DNA of 64,000 nt from an uncultured virus (IMG/VR IMGVR_UViG_3300044617_001027) (IMGVR_UViG_3300044617_001027); one strand, 5' to 3'. Positions 18,550 through 27,154 are shown, counted from the stretch's first letter. A program made the numbers and translations. The notes: a model not told the origin generated them from the sequence alone.

Positions 18550-18619
18550 GTTTGATAAATTTAAAAAGGTTAATGATTAATAAATTTACGCGTTGTTGGT
18601 ATGCGCGCCCCACCTTTGT

Positions 18620-18745
18620 TTAGTAACCGCCGTGTAAACCGGCGTTACCATTGTTGTATGTAAATGCTACCCATGCACACATGTAGAGCATGCATGCAAA
18701 AAAGAAAATACCTAAAATGATAATAACATAATCTTGCTTTTTCAT
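18620..18745 (-). CDS. 41-aa single-TM peptide, paralog 1 (not in ORF track)
   Basis: MKKQDYVIIILGIFFFACMLYMCAWVAFTYNNGNAGLHGGY*; first gene after the promoter at 18777. Confidence 0.8.
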   Translation of the reverse strand: MKKQDYVIIILGIFFFACMLYMCAWVAFTYNNGNAGLHGGY

Positions 18746-19019
18746 GTGCAAATATTTAAGTGGTTATTCAATGCCTCAAATATACGACCAGTTAGGCTAT
18801 ATTCCTAATATTTTGGCAATTATTTTGCTAAAAACACCCTATTTTGATCCCAAAAAAATTACTCGGGCTTCTTTCCTCTTCGCCCTAGCCAAATTCGTTC
18901 TGTCCGTCCATCTATCCGTCGATTCGTTGGGCCTGTCCGTCGGTACTGTCTGTTCGTCGGTTCCGTTCTATTGTGCTGTTCTGTTTGTTTTTCCGCGGGG
19001 AACTATCATGTACATATAA

Positions 19020-19615
19020 TATCAATCCAGAAATATAATACATCTTTTATAAACATTCAATTATACATTACTTACATTATATAACATCTACTATACATCT
19101 ATCATAACATCTAAACTACATTATACCATATCATCTTATATAACATCTATCATATATTCTTATTATTCATTCTATATACATTATCCTATATACATCTAAT
19201 AATACATCTATCTATCATGCCTCTAATATACAACATTTATATTACATATCCTAACATCCATCTATATAATATTAAATAAAAATATACATCTAATATACAT
19301 CTATCCTATCATCTAATATAACATCATTTAATCTATATAACATCTATACAACATAAGGTATATCATTTAATCTATATAACATCTAATATACATCTAATAT
19401 ACATGGTACATATCTTATCAGGCAATTCATTATATGTTTTATTATATCCTATTCATCTATCATCTATCTATCATCTATTGTATCATGTGTATCTAATGTA
19501 TGTAATGTATGTGTTGTGATGTGTTGATGTAGTTAAGCCCCGCGATATTGTCCTGTCTATTGTGTGCCTGTCTAATGCACTATCTAATGTGTGCCTGTCT
19601 AATGTATGTGTGTGT
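19020..19615. repeat. ORF-free low-complexity tract with ~16 CATCTA hexamers followed by TCTAATG/TG-rich repeats
   Basis: CATCTA at e.g. 19085, 19096, 19108, 19287, 19298, 19310, 19380, 19391; plus strand almost G-free to ~19480. Confidence 0.85.
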
Positions 19616-19716
19616 CGTTGGGTGCCCCCTACGTCGTCGGGCGAAGCCTAGATCTAATCGAGGTTAGAACCAGGCAAAAAAAAACCCCGAACCGTTACCG
19701 GTCCAGGGCTTTCTGT

Positions 19717-20043
19717 TTAAGGTATCCAATTATACTCGGCGTCTTGTATGTAGATACCTTCCTGTCTATTTTTGATATCTAATATTTGCAACAGTATTGA
19801 CGTCCTTATATCGGACACATCTAATCTGTCCCATCCAATATTAGGTCTGTCCCCATGCATTTCTATAGACCTTATTCGTATCCTTTGTGCCTCATAAGAA
19901 AATGATTCACTATATGAAACACCATTAGCGGGTTTCCAATTTAGGTCTAACATCTTGTAAAAGACTGTTATATCCCCAAAAGGAATGTCGAATTTAACGG
20001 TTACGAATCCGATGCGGTTAACTAAAAACTTAATTTGATACAT
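19717..20043 (-). CDS. hypothetical early protein
   Basis: 108 aa with leader motif and terminator. Confidence 0.75.
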   Translation of the reverse strand: MYQIKFLVNRIGFVTVKFDIPFGDITVFYKMLDLNWKPANGVSYSESFSYEAQRIRIRSIEMHGDRPNIGWDRLDVSDIRTSILLQILDIKNRQEGIYIQDAEYNWIP

Positions 20044-20101
20044 ACATTAAAATTTAAGTGATTAAAAAATTGCCCCGCTCTGTCACCGCGGGGCTTTCTG
20101 T

Positions 20102-20416
20102 TTAGTTAATTTCGTTGTATAAGAAATTTAACATTCTTTCTCTTCGTGAATATTCTGTTGGACATTCATTTGCCCAATAATTCATTCCATAGGTTTCTAT
20201 TTTTATCTCATGTACCTCTTCATGAGTCTCATATTTTCTTAATACTATTACTACATTTACGCCACTTATACGAGGATAATGTGTAATAGTTGTTTCATAA
20301 AAATTTCCACGTTCGTATGAATACTGCTTGTATGGATTTTCATACTTATTTTTAATATAAGTCATACAAGTTTTAGGATTGTTAAGAAAACAAATTAATT
20401 TTCTTGAAAAGTTCAT
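20102..20416 (-). CDS. hypothetical early protein
   Basis: 104 aa. Confidence 0.7.
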   Translation of the reverse strand: MNFSRKLICFLNNPKTCMTYIKNKYENPYKQYSYERGNFYETTITHYPRISGVNVVIVLRKYETHEEVHEIKIETYGMNYWANECPTEYSRRERMLNFLYNEIN

Positions 20417-20506
20417 AACACTAAATTTAAAAAGTTAAAAAATGATAAATTATTTTTTGCCTGATTTTTTTAGTGAGGGGTTTCAGGCGAAACCCCTCTT
20501 TATTTG

Positions 20507-20791
20507 TTACAGTGTATTAAGAACGTACACTGTTTTATTTTCTACAAAAGTAACCATTAAAGGAAAATCACCAAATTTTTCAGGGAAATTTTTTACGCGC
20601 TTTTCAGCGGCATTATAGGAAAATGTACATTTTTTGTGAGAATTGAGCGCGCTCAATTCATTTTTTATTTTCCAATTAGGCATATTTCCCTCAATATACT
20701 TTATTTTGAAGCCATAAACAAATACTTCATAGACTACATTTGTGCCATCTGATAATGTGGCGAAATTTAAAGGCAAATTAAAATGTTTCAT
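20507..20791 (-). CDS. hypothetical early protein
   Basis: 94 aa. Confidence 0.7.
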   Translation of the reverse strand: MKHFNLPLNFATLSDGTNVVYEVFVYGFKIKYIEGNMPNWKIKNELSALNSHKKCTFSYNAAEKRVKNFPEKFGDFPLMVTFVENKTVYVLNTL

Positions 20792-20867
20792 GATAAAAGT
20801 TTTTTTGTGGTTTTTTTAAGATTTTTTTTAAGAAAGCGCGCAATTTATACGCGCTTTCTTGTTTGTT

Positions 20868-20993
20868 TTAGAAACCGCCGTTAAAACCGGCGTTTCCATT
20901 ATTTACAGTGAATGCAATGTACACAATTACTGTAAAAATTGCGGCGATAACAAGAACACCAATTGCAATAACAACATAATCAGAACGCTTCAT
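20868..20993 (-). CDS. 41-aa single-TM peptide, paralog 2 (not in ORF track)
   Basis: MKRSDYVVIAIGVLVIAAIFTVIVYIAFTVNNGNAGFNGGF*; first gene after the TAGATTTG element at 21033-21040. Confidence 0.8.
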   Translation of the reverse strand: MKRSDYVVIAIGVLVIAAIFTVIVYIAFTVNNGNAGFNGGF

Positions 20994-21539
20994 GTTTGAA
21001 AATTTAAAGGTTAAATAATTAATTCATTGATGCAAATCTAAAAACTTTTTTTGATAAAAGAAACAATTTGCGAATTTTTTTTTAATTTTTTTTTCAACCC
21101 GTTTATTGTTCCTCACATATATAAGGGTTGAAATTTTTTCCCGCGTTTCAAATTTCACATATACACGTTTGTATGTGTGCCGTACGTCGTTTCCGATTAA
21201 GTACACCACAAAGATAGATTTTCAGATATTGACTGTCAAGCACTATTTTTCAAAAAAATTGACAAAAAGCGATCGATCCAATAACCATGCGGGTTTCAGC
21301 CATTCCATTATTTTCGATAAGACACAAAAAAGCCGAAAAAGGGATCGCCGGTTAGACCCACGTTCATATCGAGGTCCATTTTTTTCCCTACTAGTTATTT
21401 ATATACCATTTGAAGTAATTCACTAAGCAACCTATTAATTATCAGGCTTTTACGATTTTCCTTATACAGTTTTGGCATTTCTCCGGAATCAATATTTAAA
21501 AAACCGCGGACAAAAAAAATGCATTCAAAAGTAAATTGA

Positions 21540-21900
21540 ACATACATCTAATATACATCAAATAAAAATGACAAGATACATGAAATAGAAATGAATAATA
21601 GGATTTAAAATAACATGAACTCAAAATGAAATATAAAATGAAATATGCATTGCTACTAAATGAAAAATAAGATTTAAAATAACATGAAATATTAAAGTGT
21701 AAAATTAAAATAACATGAAATATTAAATGAAAAAACAATAATAAGTGAATGCAGAGAAAATGTATAAAATGAAATTCTTCTAATGTGTAAAGTAAAATGC
21801 AAAATTAGATGAGATATGGATGTTAATAATATGTAAAATGAAATGCTTCTAATGTGTAAAGTAAAATGCTTCTAATGTGTAAAATGAAATAATGATGCTC
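21540..21900. repeat. AT-rich non-coding tract of short direct repeats at the strand switch
   Basis: GATTTAAAATAACATGAA x2, TTCTAATGTGTAAA x3 and many AAATGAA. Confidence 0.8.
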
Positions 21901-21951
21901 TCTGAATGTACTTATATATAAAAGAGATTAATAAGCATGTAAAAAGAATTT

Positions 21952-22515
21952 ATGAGAAAAGAGCCGGGAATACTAATGAAAAAAGATGAGGAAGAAATGT
22001 TTGTGAGTGCTGTTCGGGGTGTTGTGTTTTACTTTGAGTGGGGTGCAGGTGGGAGTACTTTCCGGGCGTGCAAAAATGGGGCCGGGAAGGTAGTATCAGT
22101 GGAGTCTCAAAAAATGTGGATAGAGGAGGTAAAGCAATACGAGGCAGTTAAGATCCACCCAGATATAACGTTCCACCATATTGACATTAACGCTGGGAAT
22201 ATGGGGAGACCTGAGAACAACAATAAAAAAGACAACTTTCCTTTGTATTCTGCTGTTATTGATAAGTACGACGATATTGATGTTGTACTAGTCGATGGTA
22301 GGTTCAGATTAGCCTGTGCCTGTAAAGCGGTCATAAATGGAGTACAATCAATCTTAATACATGACTTTACTTCTCGTACCCACTACCACGATATCTTGCC
22401 TTACGTCGAGATTGTGAGCCAAACCGGTACACTTGTTGAGGTCCGGCCGAAGGAAGGTTTAGATATTGATGCTTTGAATGCTTTATACGAGAGTGCTAAA
22501 TACGATTACCGATAA
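21952..22515 (+). CDS. class I SAM-dependent methyltransferase-like protein
   Basis: YFEWGAGGST, VVSVES, DVVLVDGRFR, IHDF. Confidence 0.75.
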   Translation: MRKEPGILMKKDEEEMFVSAVRGVVFYFEWGAGGSTFRACKNGAGKVVSVESQKMWIEEVKQYEAVKIHPDITFHHIDINAGNMGRPENNNKKDNFPLYSAVIDKYDDIDVVLVDGRFRLACACKAVINGVQSILIHDFTSRTHYHDILPYVEIVSQTGTLVEVRPKEGLDIDALNALYESAKYDYR

Positions 22516-22516
22516 C

Positions 22517-22771
22517 ATGGACGTGATACTTCTATTCATATTTCAATTTTCTTTTAACATACTGAAGACTCTTGAAATACAATATACATACAACAAACAA
22601 ATTAACAAATCTCTAATAAACAGTCTTATGCTAAATGTAATAGCTCTTGCTTCTCTCTACTTTTCTATTGATGCTCTTATACAAGGAAATCTTTACATGA
22701 TAGCTGCTTATCTCTCTGGAAGTTTAGGTGGAAAGTTTGTAAGTATGAAGTACATGAAGGAAAAAGTTTAA
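22517..22771 (+). CDS. small membrane protein (DUF2179/DUF5698-like)
   Basis: Three hydrophobic segments and YxxGSxGG. Confidence 0.6.
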   Translation: MDVILLFIFQFSFNILKTLEIQYTYNKQINKSLINSLMLNVIALASLYFSIDALIQGNLYMIAAYLSGSLGGKFVSMKYMKEKV

Positions 22772-22824
22772 AATAAATCCAATAATTGTACTGTGAGTAC
22801 ATATTTATACTAAAAATCAAACCA

Positions 22825-23181
22825 ATGAGAACTTATCTAGTAGTTCTTTGTCTTTTAGTTAGTACGCTAGCTTTAAGTCAGAGATACCGAGATTCTATTT
22901 TTGTAAACAAGGGACCTTGGGCATCTTACAAATCCGGAACTTTTGTGTTCGGCGAAGATACCATACAGTCCAAAAAACAATTCGTAGATTCCTTAGTGAA
23001 TTGCCTTGATCCTGATTCTGATAATTTTGTTATAGTAAACGGCAGATGGACTTACTACATGGGTATAGGAAATAGCGGATACATTAACAATAAAAAGTAC
23101 GGGAAAGAACCTGCTTTTGTTAGATATAGTGTACGCAAGAAAATAAATAAGTGGATAAAGGAAAAAAAACTTGCACATTAA
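22825..23181 (+). CDS. secreted hypothetical protein
   Basis: Signal peptide MRTYLVVLCLLVSTLALS|Q. Confidence 0.7.
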   Translation: MRTYLVVLCLLVSTLALSQRYRDSIFVNKGPWASYKSGTFVFGEDTIQSKKQFVDSLVNCLDPDSDNFVIVNGRWTYYMGIGNSGYINNKKYGKEPAFVRYSVRKKINKWIKEKKLAH

Positions 23182-23201
23182 ACTTTTTTGGTTTACCTTT
23201 G
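23171..23201 (+). promoter_or_regulatory. Bacteroidota sigma-A promoter for the small ORF and tRNA
   Basis: TTG-N20-TACCTTTG. Confidence 0.7.
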
Positions 23202-23218
23202 TTTAAAATTTAGTGAAT

Positions 23219-23320
23219 ATGGAAAAAACCAAAGAAAAGGTACCAATACTAAAGGAACCTAAAAAAATACAAATAAAACTACGGGAAAGTATTATTCATA
23301 CTACTGTAGTGCAAGGTTAA
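23219..23320 (+). CDS. small basic peptide (33 aa)
   Basis: MEKTKEKVPILKEPKKIQIKLRESIIHTTVVQG* between promoter and tRNA. Confidence 0.35.
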   Translation: MEKTKEKVPILKEPKKIQIKLRESIIHTTVVQG

Positions 23321-23324
23321 ATAT

Positions 23325-23396
23325 AGCGGGATAGTGTAATGGTTAACACATAAGACTCATGATCTTATACTATCAGTTCGACTCTGGTTCCCGCTA
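23325..23396 (+). tRNA. tRNA with CAT anticodon (elongator Met or Ile2); CCA not encoded
   Basis: Acceptor AGCGGGA/TCCCGCT, anticodon arm TAAGA-CTCATGA-TCTTA, T-loop GTTCGACTC; lacks the initiator GGG/CCC stem. Confidence 0.9.
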
Positions 23397-23528
23397 CTAG
23401 CCTTCTCTCTCTCAAACAAAACAAACAAATGTTAATTCGCATGCTGCCTCATTGATGTCCGCATGTGTAAAAATGTTTTTATGTCTATTCCAAAATTTTA
23501 TTATATCAACAATCACAAATCAGTAAAA

Positions 23529-24056
23529 ATGAAAAGAGATGTCTTAGAAGATGTTGTCAAATTCCAAAAGATGTTAGGACGACATGAGCAAAAAAAAGTG
23601 GAAGATATACAGAATGCGTTAGCGATGTTCTTAGATGAAAACACTGAATTTATTGATGAGTTCATGCCATTAGATGATTCTGACATGGATGATAACATTG
23701 ATTTTGAGTTTATTAACAGGCAGCATATTGCAAAGGAGGCAGTTGATGTTATTTATACATTGCTTGGCATCTTAGTTCAATTAGACATTCCGGTTATTGA
23801 AGCTATCGAGAAAGTCAATGAAAGTAATTTTAGTAAGTTTCTACCCTCTAAGTCGCTAGCGGAATCACAGTTGCTCGGTGTTCGTAAGAAATACGGTATG
23901 ACAACTGATGACAGAATTGATATTAAGTCCTGTACGGTAGAAGGTGAAGATTTCTATTATTTCTCTAGGTTATCCGATGGTAAGATGTTGAAGCCCTTAT
24001 CTTATTTAGAGGCTGATATGTCTATGATTCCTGGTAATGAGATTGAAAGGGTATAA
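23529..24056 (+). CDS. MazG-like/PRA-PH nucleoside triphosphate pyrophosphohydrolase
   Basis: KEAVDVIY, VNESNFSK, DGKMLKP. Confidence 0.8.
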   Translation: MKRDVLEDVVKFQKMLGRHEQKKVEDIQNALAMFLDENTEFIDEFMPLDDSDMDDNIDFEFINRQHIAKEAVDVIYTLLGILVQLDIPVIEAIEKVNESNFSKFLPSKSLAESQLLGVRKKYGMTTDDRIDIKSCTVEGEDFYYFSRLSDGKMLKPLSYLEADMSMIPGNEIERV

Positions 24057-24110
24057 ATTGCCAAAACCTTTCGTAAAAACTTTATTTGGCGTAATATAAA
24101 TAACAAAAAA

Positions 24111-24368
24111 ATGAAAGAAGCAGAATTGGAGTTATTGGGTTTTAAGAAGGAATACGCAGATGAACCTGATGTGTATTACTATATATATGATTTTGTAGGT
24201 CAAACTGAGGAGAAAACATATCTTAGCTTGATTACGAACGAGTGTAATGATCAGATAGACAAAGGTGAGTGGTCCGTATCGTTCTTTGATAGTACCTCGC
24301 TAATCTACAGAACATATAGTCAAGTTAAGAAAATCATATACGCCATAGAAAACGTAAGTGTAGATTAA
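24111..24368 (+). CDS. hypothetical phage protein
   Basis: 85 aa with LxLLGF N-terminus. Confidence 0.75.
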   Translation: MKEAELELLGFKKEYADEPDVYYYIYDFVGQTEEKTYLSLITNECNDQIDKGEWSVSFFDSTSLIYRTYSQVKKIIYAIENVSVD

Positions 24369-24369
24369 A

Positions 24370-25290
24370 ATGGGAGAAAAAGTAGAAACCTATATACGGG
24401 AGAATAAAAGATTGCCTATCTACATTGGGCTTTCAATAGTCACTGCGTTTTTCTTGGGCGCTATCACTAGTAGAAATAATCCATCTGATTACAATAAGCA
24501 AGAAATATTCTCCGGAGGTTCTATTGAGTATGCTGTCCAATATGTTTATGATACTGTGTACATAGAGAAATCAATCTATACCATTATAAAGGATACGGTG
24601 TACATAGAGAATAAAGTGAATATACAAAGGAACGGAACTGCTGCAAAGCCTAGCAAGTCCGTTCCCTTTGCCATTCCTTTCACAGCATTCGCCTCTAGGT
24701 CTCATGGTCACGATTTTAAGAAGTACAGTCATAAAGAAGCTGCTGAATATCTACGTAAGCAGGGATTTAGGAATATAGACAACTTAAGTCTTACTACACT
24801 AAGAAGATTGAATTTATTGTATAACTATGATTCTCTCTTCTATGCTGTGCATCACATGACTGATTTCCCGGTATCTTTTATATATGCTTACTTTATATTG
24901 GAAGCTACATCTGTTGGCGTTGAGACGGAACTATGGCGGTTGTACGGTAATCCTGGTGGTATAAAGAAGATAGGTAAATATGATTGGGTTAACTTAATGA
25001 CAATAGAGTACATAAAGGGAAGAAAAAGAAATATGAAACAAAAATTCTTTTCCGCAAATAATACTGAAGAGGGAATAAAAGTATGGGCTAGTGTATTTAA
25101 TGCTCCTCGATACGATAAGTGTAGAAAGGCTGATTATAGTCTCCCGCCGATTCAAATTTACCGGAATATATGTAAGTGTATGATGAAATCCGGGTATCAT
25201 ACAAGTCCTGATTATAATATGAGGGCTGATTACATGAAAGAATATTGGGAATTTAAAAAATTATATTTCCCTCGGAGGTTAAATAATTAA
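24370..25290 (+). CDS. membrane-anchored glucosaminidase (GH73/FlgJ-like) cell-wall hydrolase
   Basis: N-terminal TM; ILEAT, NPGGIK and GYHTSPDY motifs. Confidence 0.75.
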   Translation: MGEKVETYIRENKRLPIYIGLSIVTAFFLGAITSRNNPSDYNKQEIFSGGSIEYAVQYVYDTVYIEKSIYTIIKDTVYIENKVNIQRNGTAAKPSKSVPFAIPFTAFASRSHGHDFKKYSHKEAAEYLRKQGFRNIDNLSLTTLRRLNLLYNYDSLFYAVHHMTDFPVSFIYAYFILEATSVGVETELWRLYGNPGGIKKIGKYDWVNLMTIEYIKGRKRNMKQKFFSANNTEEGIKVWASVFNAPRYDKCRKADYSLPPIQIYRNICKCMMKSGYHTSPDYNMRADYMKEYWEFKKLYFPRRLNN

Positions 25291-25322
25291 GATTGATAAC
25301 TATTTATTTCAAAAGTATTATT

Positions 25323-25622
25323 ATGAATAAAAAAGTAACAGAACAAATGGAGAAGTGCTACGAAGAGTACGAGTCTCTGGAATTTAATGTGCAGAATCTA
25401 AGTGATAAAGATATGTTTAGAGAAATTCTAAAGATATTTTTTAAGAACATGGATAAAACCATTTTTAAGACCGATAAATCCGGTAATGTAATTTATAACG
25501 AACAAGGTGAAGAAATTATAAACTGGTTTGAGTTAGTTAAGGTCGTATTATTTAGTTTAACTAAGTTAATAGGTAATTACATGGCTCTCAAGAAAATCGC
25601 ACAAGTAAAAAGACTACTATGA
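25323..25622 (+). CDS. hypothetical protein
   Basis: 99 aa overlapping the start of the protease gene. Confidence 0.7.
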   Translation: MNKKVTEQMEKCYEEYESLEFNVQNLSDKDMFREILKIFFKNMDKTIFKTDKSGNVIYNEQGEEIINWFELVKVVLFSLTKLIGNYMALKKIAQVKRLL

Positions 25623-27154
25623 AATTTTCCGCATCCGACATACAATTTGCTCAAAAAATAAACTTTGAGCTAGTTGCTAAATATTTTAATGCTCTAGGGG
25701 AGAATCACGAAATCATTCTCCCCCCTCCTCCTACCCCTATTTCCGCAACACTACAGGCCAAAATACTTAGTGACGGTAATTGGGGTTATGGTTTTCTAAA
25801 AACAGATTTCATTGCAGAAAAATTAAAAAGAGGTGAAAAACCGACTCGTAAAATATTGTATTGTGTTGTCGATACTATGGCATATCCAAATCACGACGCT
25901 CTGGTATCAAACAATCAATTTGTACCAAAAAAGTTTTGCTTGGACCATACGACCGATAAAAATGGAATCGATGGTCACGGACATGGCCACCACGTTGCAG
26001 GTACTATTATGGGGAAACACCCTAATGGATTCCCGCTTGGTTTGGCCTATGTTAACAATGCCCCTACGGAAGATCTCATCATGGCGCAAAAAGGATTAAA
26101 CTCCAATGGCTCCGGTGCTTCTGATTGGTTAGTTAACGCAATACTTCATGGCGCTAATGTATGGGAAACCGAGTATAAAAAACTAGGCTACTTGCTAGTC
26201 TATAATTTTTCTTGGGGTGGCGGATCTGAAACTCCTGCTATTTCTAGAGCTATAGAGCAAGTTATATCAAGAGGTGCTTTTGTTAATGCTGCTGCCGGTA
26301 ACGACGGAAGTGGCGTAGTGGGATGGCCTGCTGCTCATAAAGAAGTTATCTCCTGGGCTGCTTGTGATAACACAGGTAAGAGAGCTAATTTCTCTCAATA
26401 CGGAACAGAATTAGAGGCTATAGCTCCTGGAGTTTCTATCTGGTCTACTTTTAAAGATAACGGAAGCTATGTGTCTTGGGATGGTACAAGTATGGCTACA
26501 CCTCACGGTACGGCCGCTATGGGCCATGTATTGAAGTGGTACCCTGAAATAAAGAATCAAGCTGATCTTATAGCTTTTCTTTCTACTAATGCCGTAGATG
26601 GCGGGCCGGAAGGTAAAGATATTGAGTATGGGTATGGATTCCCTATGTTAGATAAATTACTGTCTAAAACTGCTCCTGCCCCACAACCTGTAGAACCTCC
26701 TAAAGATATTCAGGAGCCTGCAATCCCGCTCCCAGGTAAAAGATCTACATTCAGAAATTTAACATTAGAAATAGATGCTACACATTCTTTTTTATGGAAA
26801 GTGCAGCATCCATGGAATGATAAAAAGTCAAATTCAATCATATTTAATATTAACAAATTGCCTATTTCTGAAAAGGATAGGTTAACTAATTCAAAGATAT
26901 ATAAAAAGATATATATTAAAAAAGTAGCTCTTCAAACAAAAACATTATTAGATTACAATGAAGTCTTGTTTTTTTACAGCCAGTATTTTGATAAATTCTT
27001 TAACGAGAATGGTGTTTTCGTAAAAAATGGTTCTGATGCTCATGACATTTGTAGCTATATAGTTAACCATTTACAAAGTACATTAAAAATTACCATAAAT
27101 ACAATAGAAGCTGTAGATGAAATAGGAAATAAAATAATTTATACAATCAAATAA
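25619..27154 (+). CDS. S8 subtilisin-family serine protease
   Basis: Catalytic VVDT, HGHHVAG, AAGN and GTSMATP; Pro-rich linkers. Confidence 0.92.
   Translation: MKFSASDIQFAQKINFELVAKYFNALGENHEIILPPPPTPISATLQAKILSDGNWGYGFLKTDFIAEKLKRGEKPTRKILYCVVDTMAYPNHDALVSNNQFVPKKFCLDHTTDKNGIDGHGHGHHVAGTIMGKHPNGFPLGLAYVNNAPTEDLIMAQKGLNSNGSGASDWLVNAILHGANVWETEYKKLGYLLVYNFSWGGGSETPAISRAIEQVISRGAFVNAAAGNDGSGVVGWPAAHKEVISWAACDNTGKRANFSQYGTELEAIAPGVSIWSTFKDNGSYVSWDGTSMATPHGTAAMGHVLKWYPEIKNQADLIAFLSTNAVDGGPEGKDIEYGYGFPMLDKLLSKTAPAPQPVEPPKDIQEPAIPLPGKRSTFRNLTLEIDATHSFLWKVQHPWNDKKSNSIIFNINKLPISEKDRLTNSKIYKKIYIKKVALQTKTLLDYNEVLFFYSQYFDKFFNENGVFVKNGSDAHDICSYIVNHLQSTLKITINTIEAVDEIGNKIIYTIK

Noticed and set aside
3674..18900. 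Palindromic repeats as a CRISPR array
   Set aside because: Copies are 0.6-2.6 kb apart with whole genes between them rather than 30-40-nt spacers. No cas operon is present, and the Cas4-like gene lies in the replication block.
2821..19000. TTTTCCGCGGGG recurring at ~2821, ~4833 and ~18989
   Set aside because: Only three scattered copies, one inside a coding end, with no consistent context; too little evidence for a function.
12877..19019. Similar ORFs 12877..13125, 13561..13770, 14567..14809, 18744..19019 (+) and 16683..16919, 17348..17533 (-) as a paralogous protein family
   Set aside because: They are translations of the type B regulatory repeat (promoter, inverted repeat, terminator) with variable starts and ends.
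21024..21738. ORFs 21024..21209, 21106..21426 and 21496..21738
   Set aside because: Low-complexity translations of A/T tracts and repeats, overlapping a promoter, with no protein-like composition.
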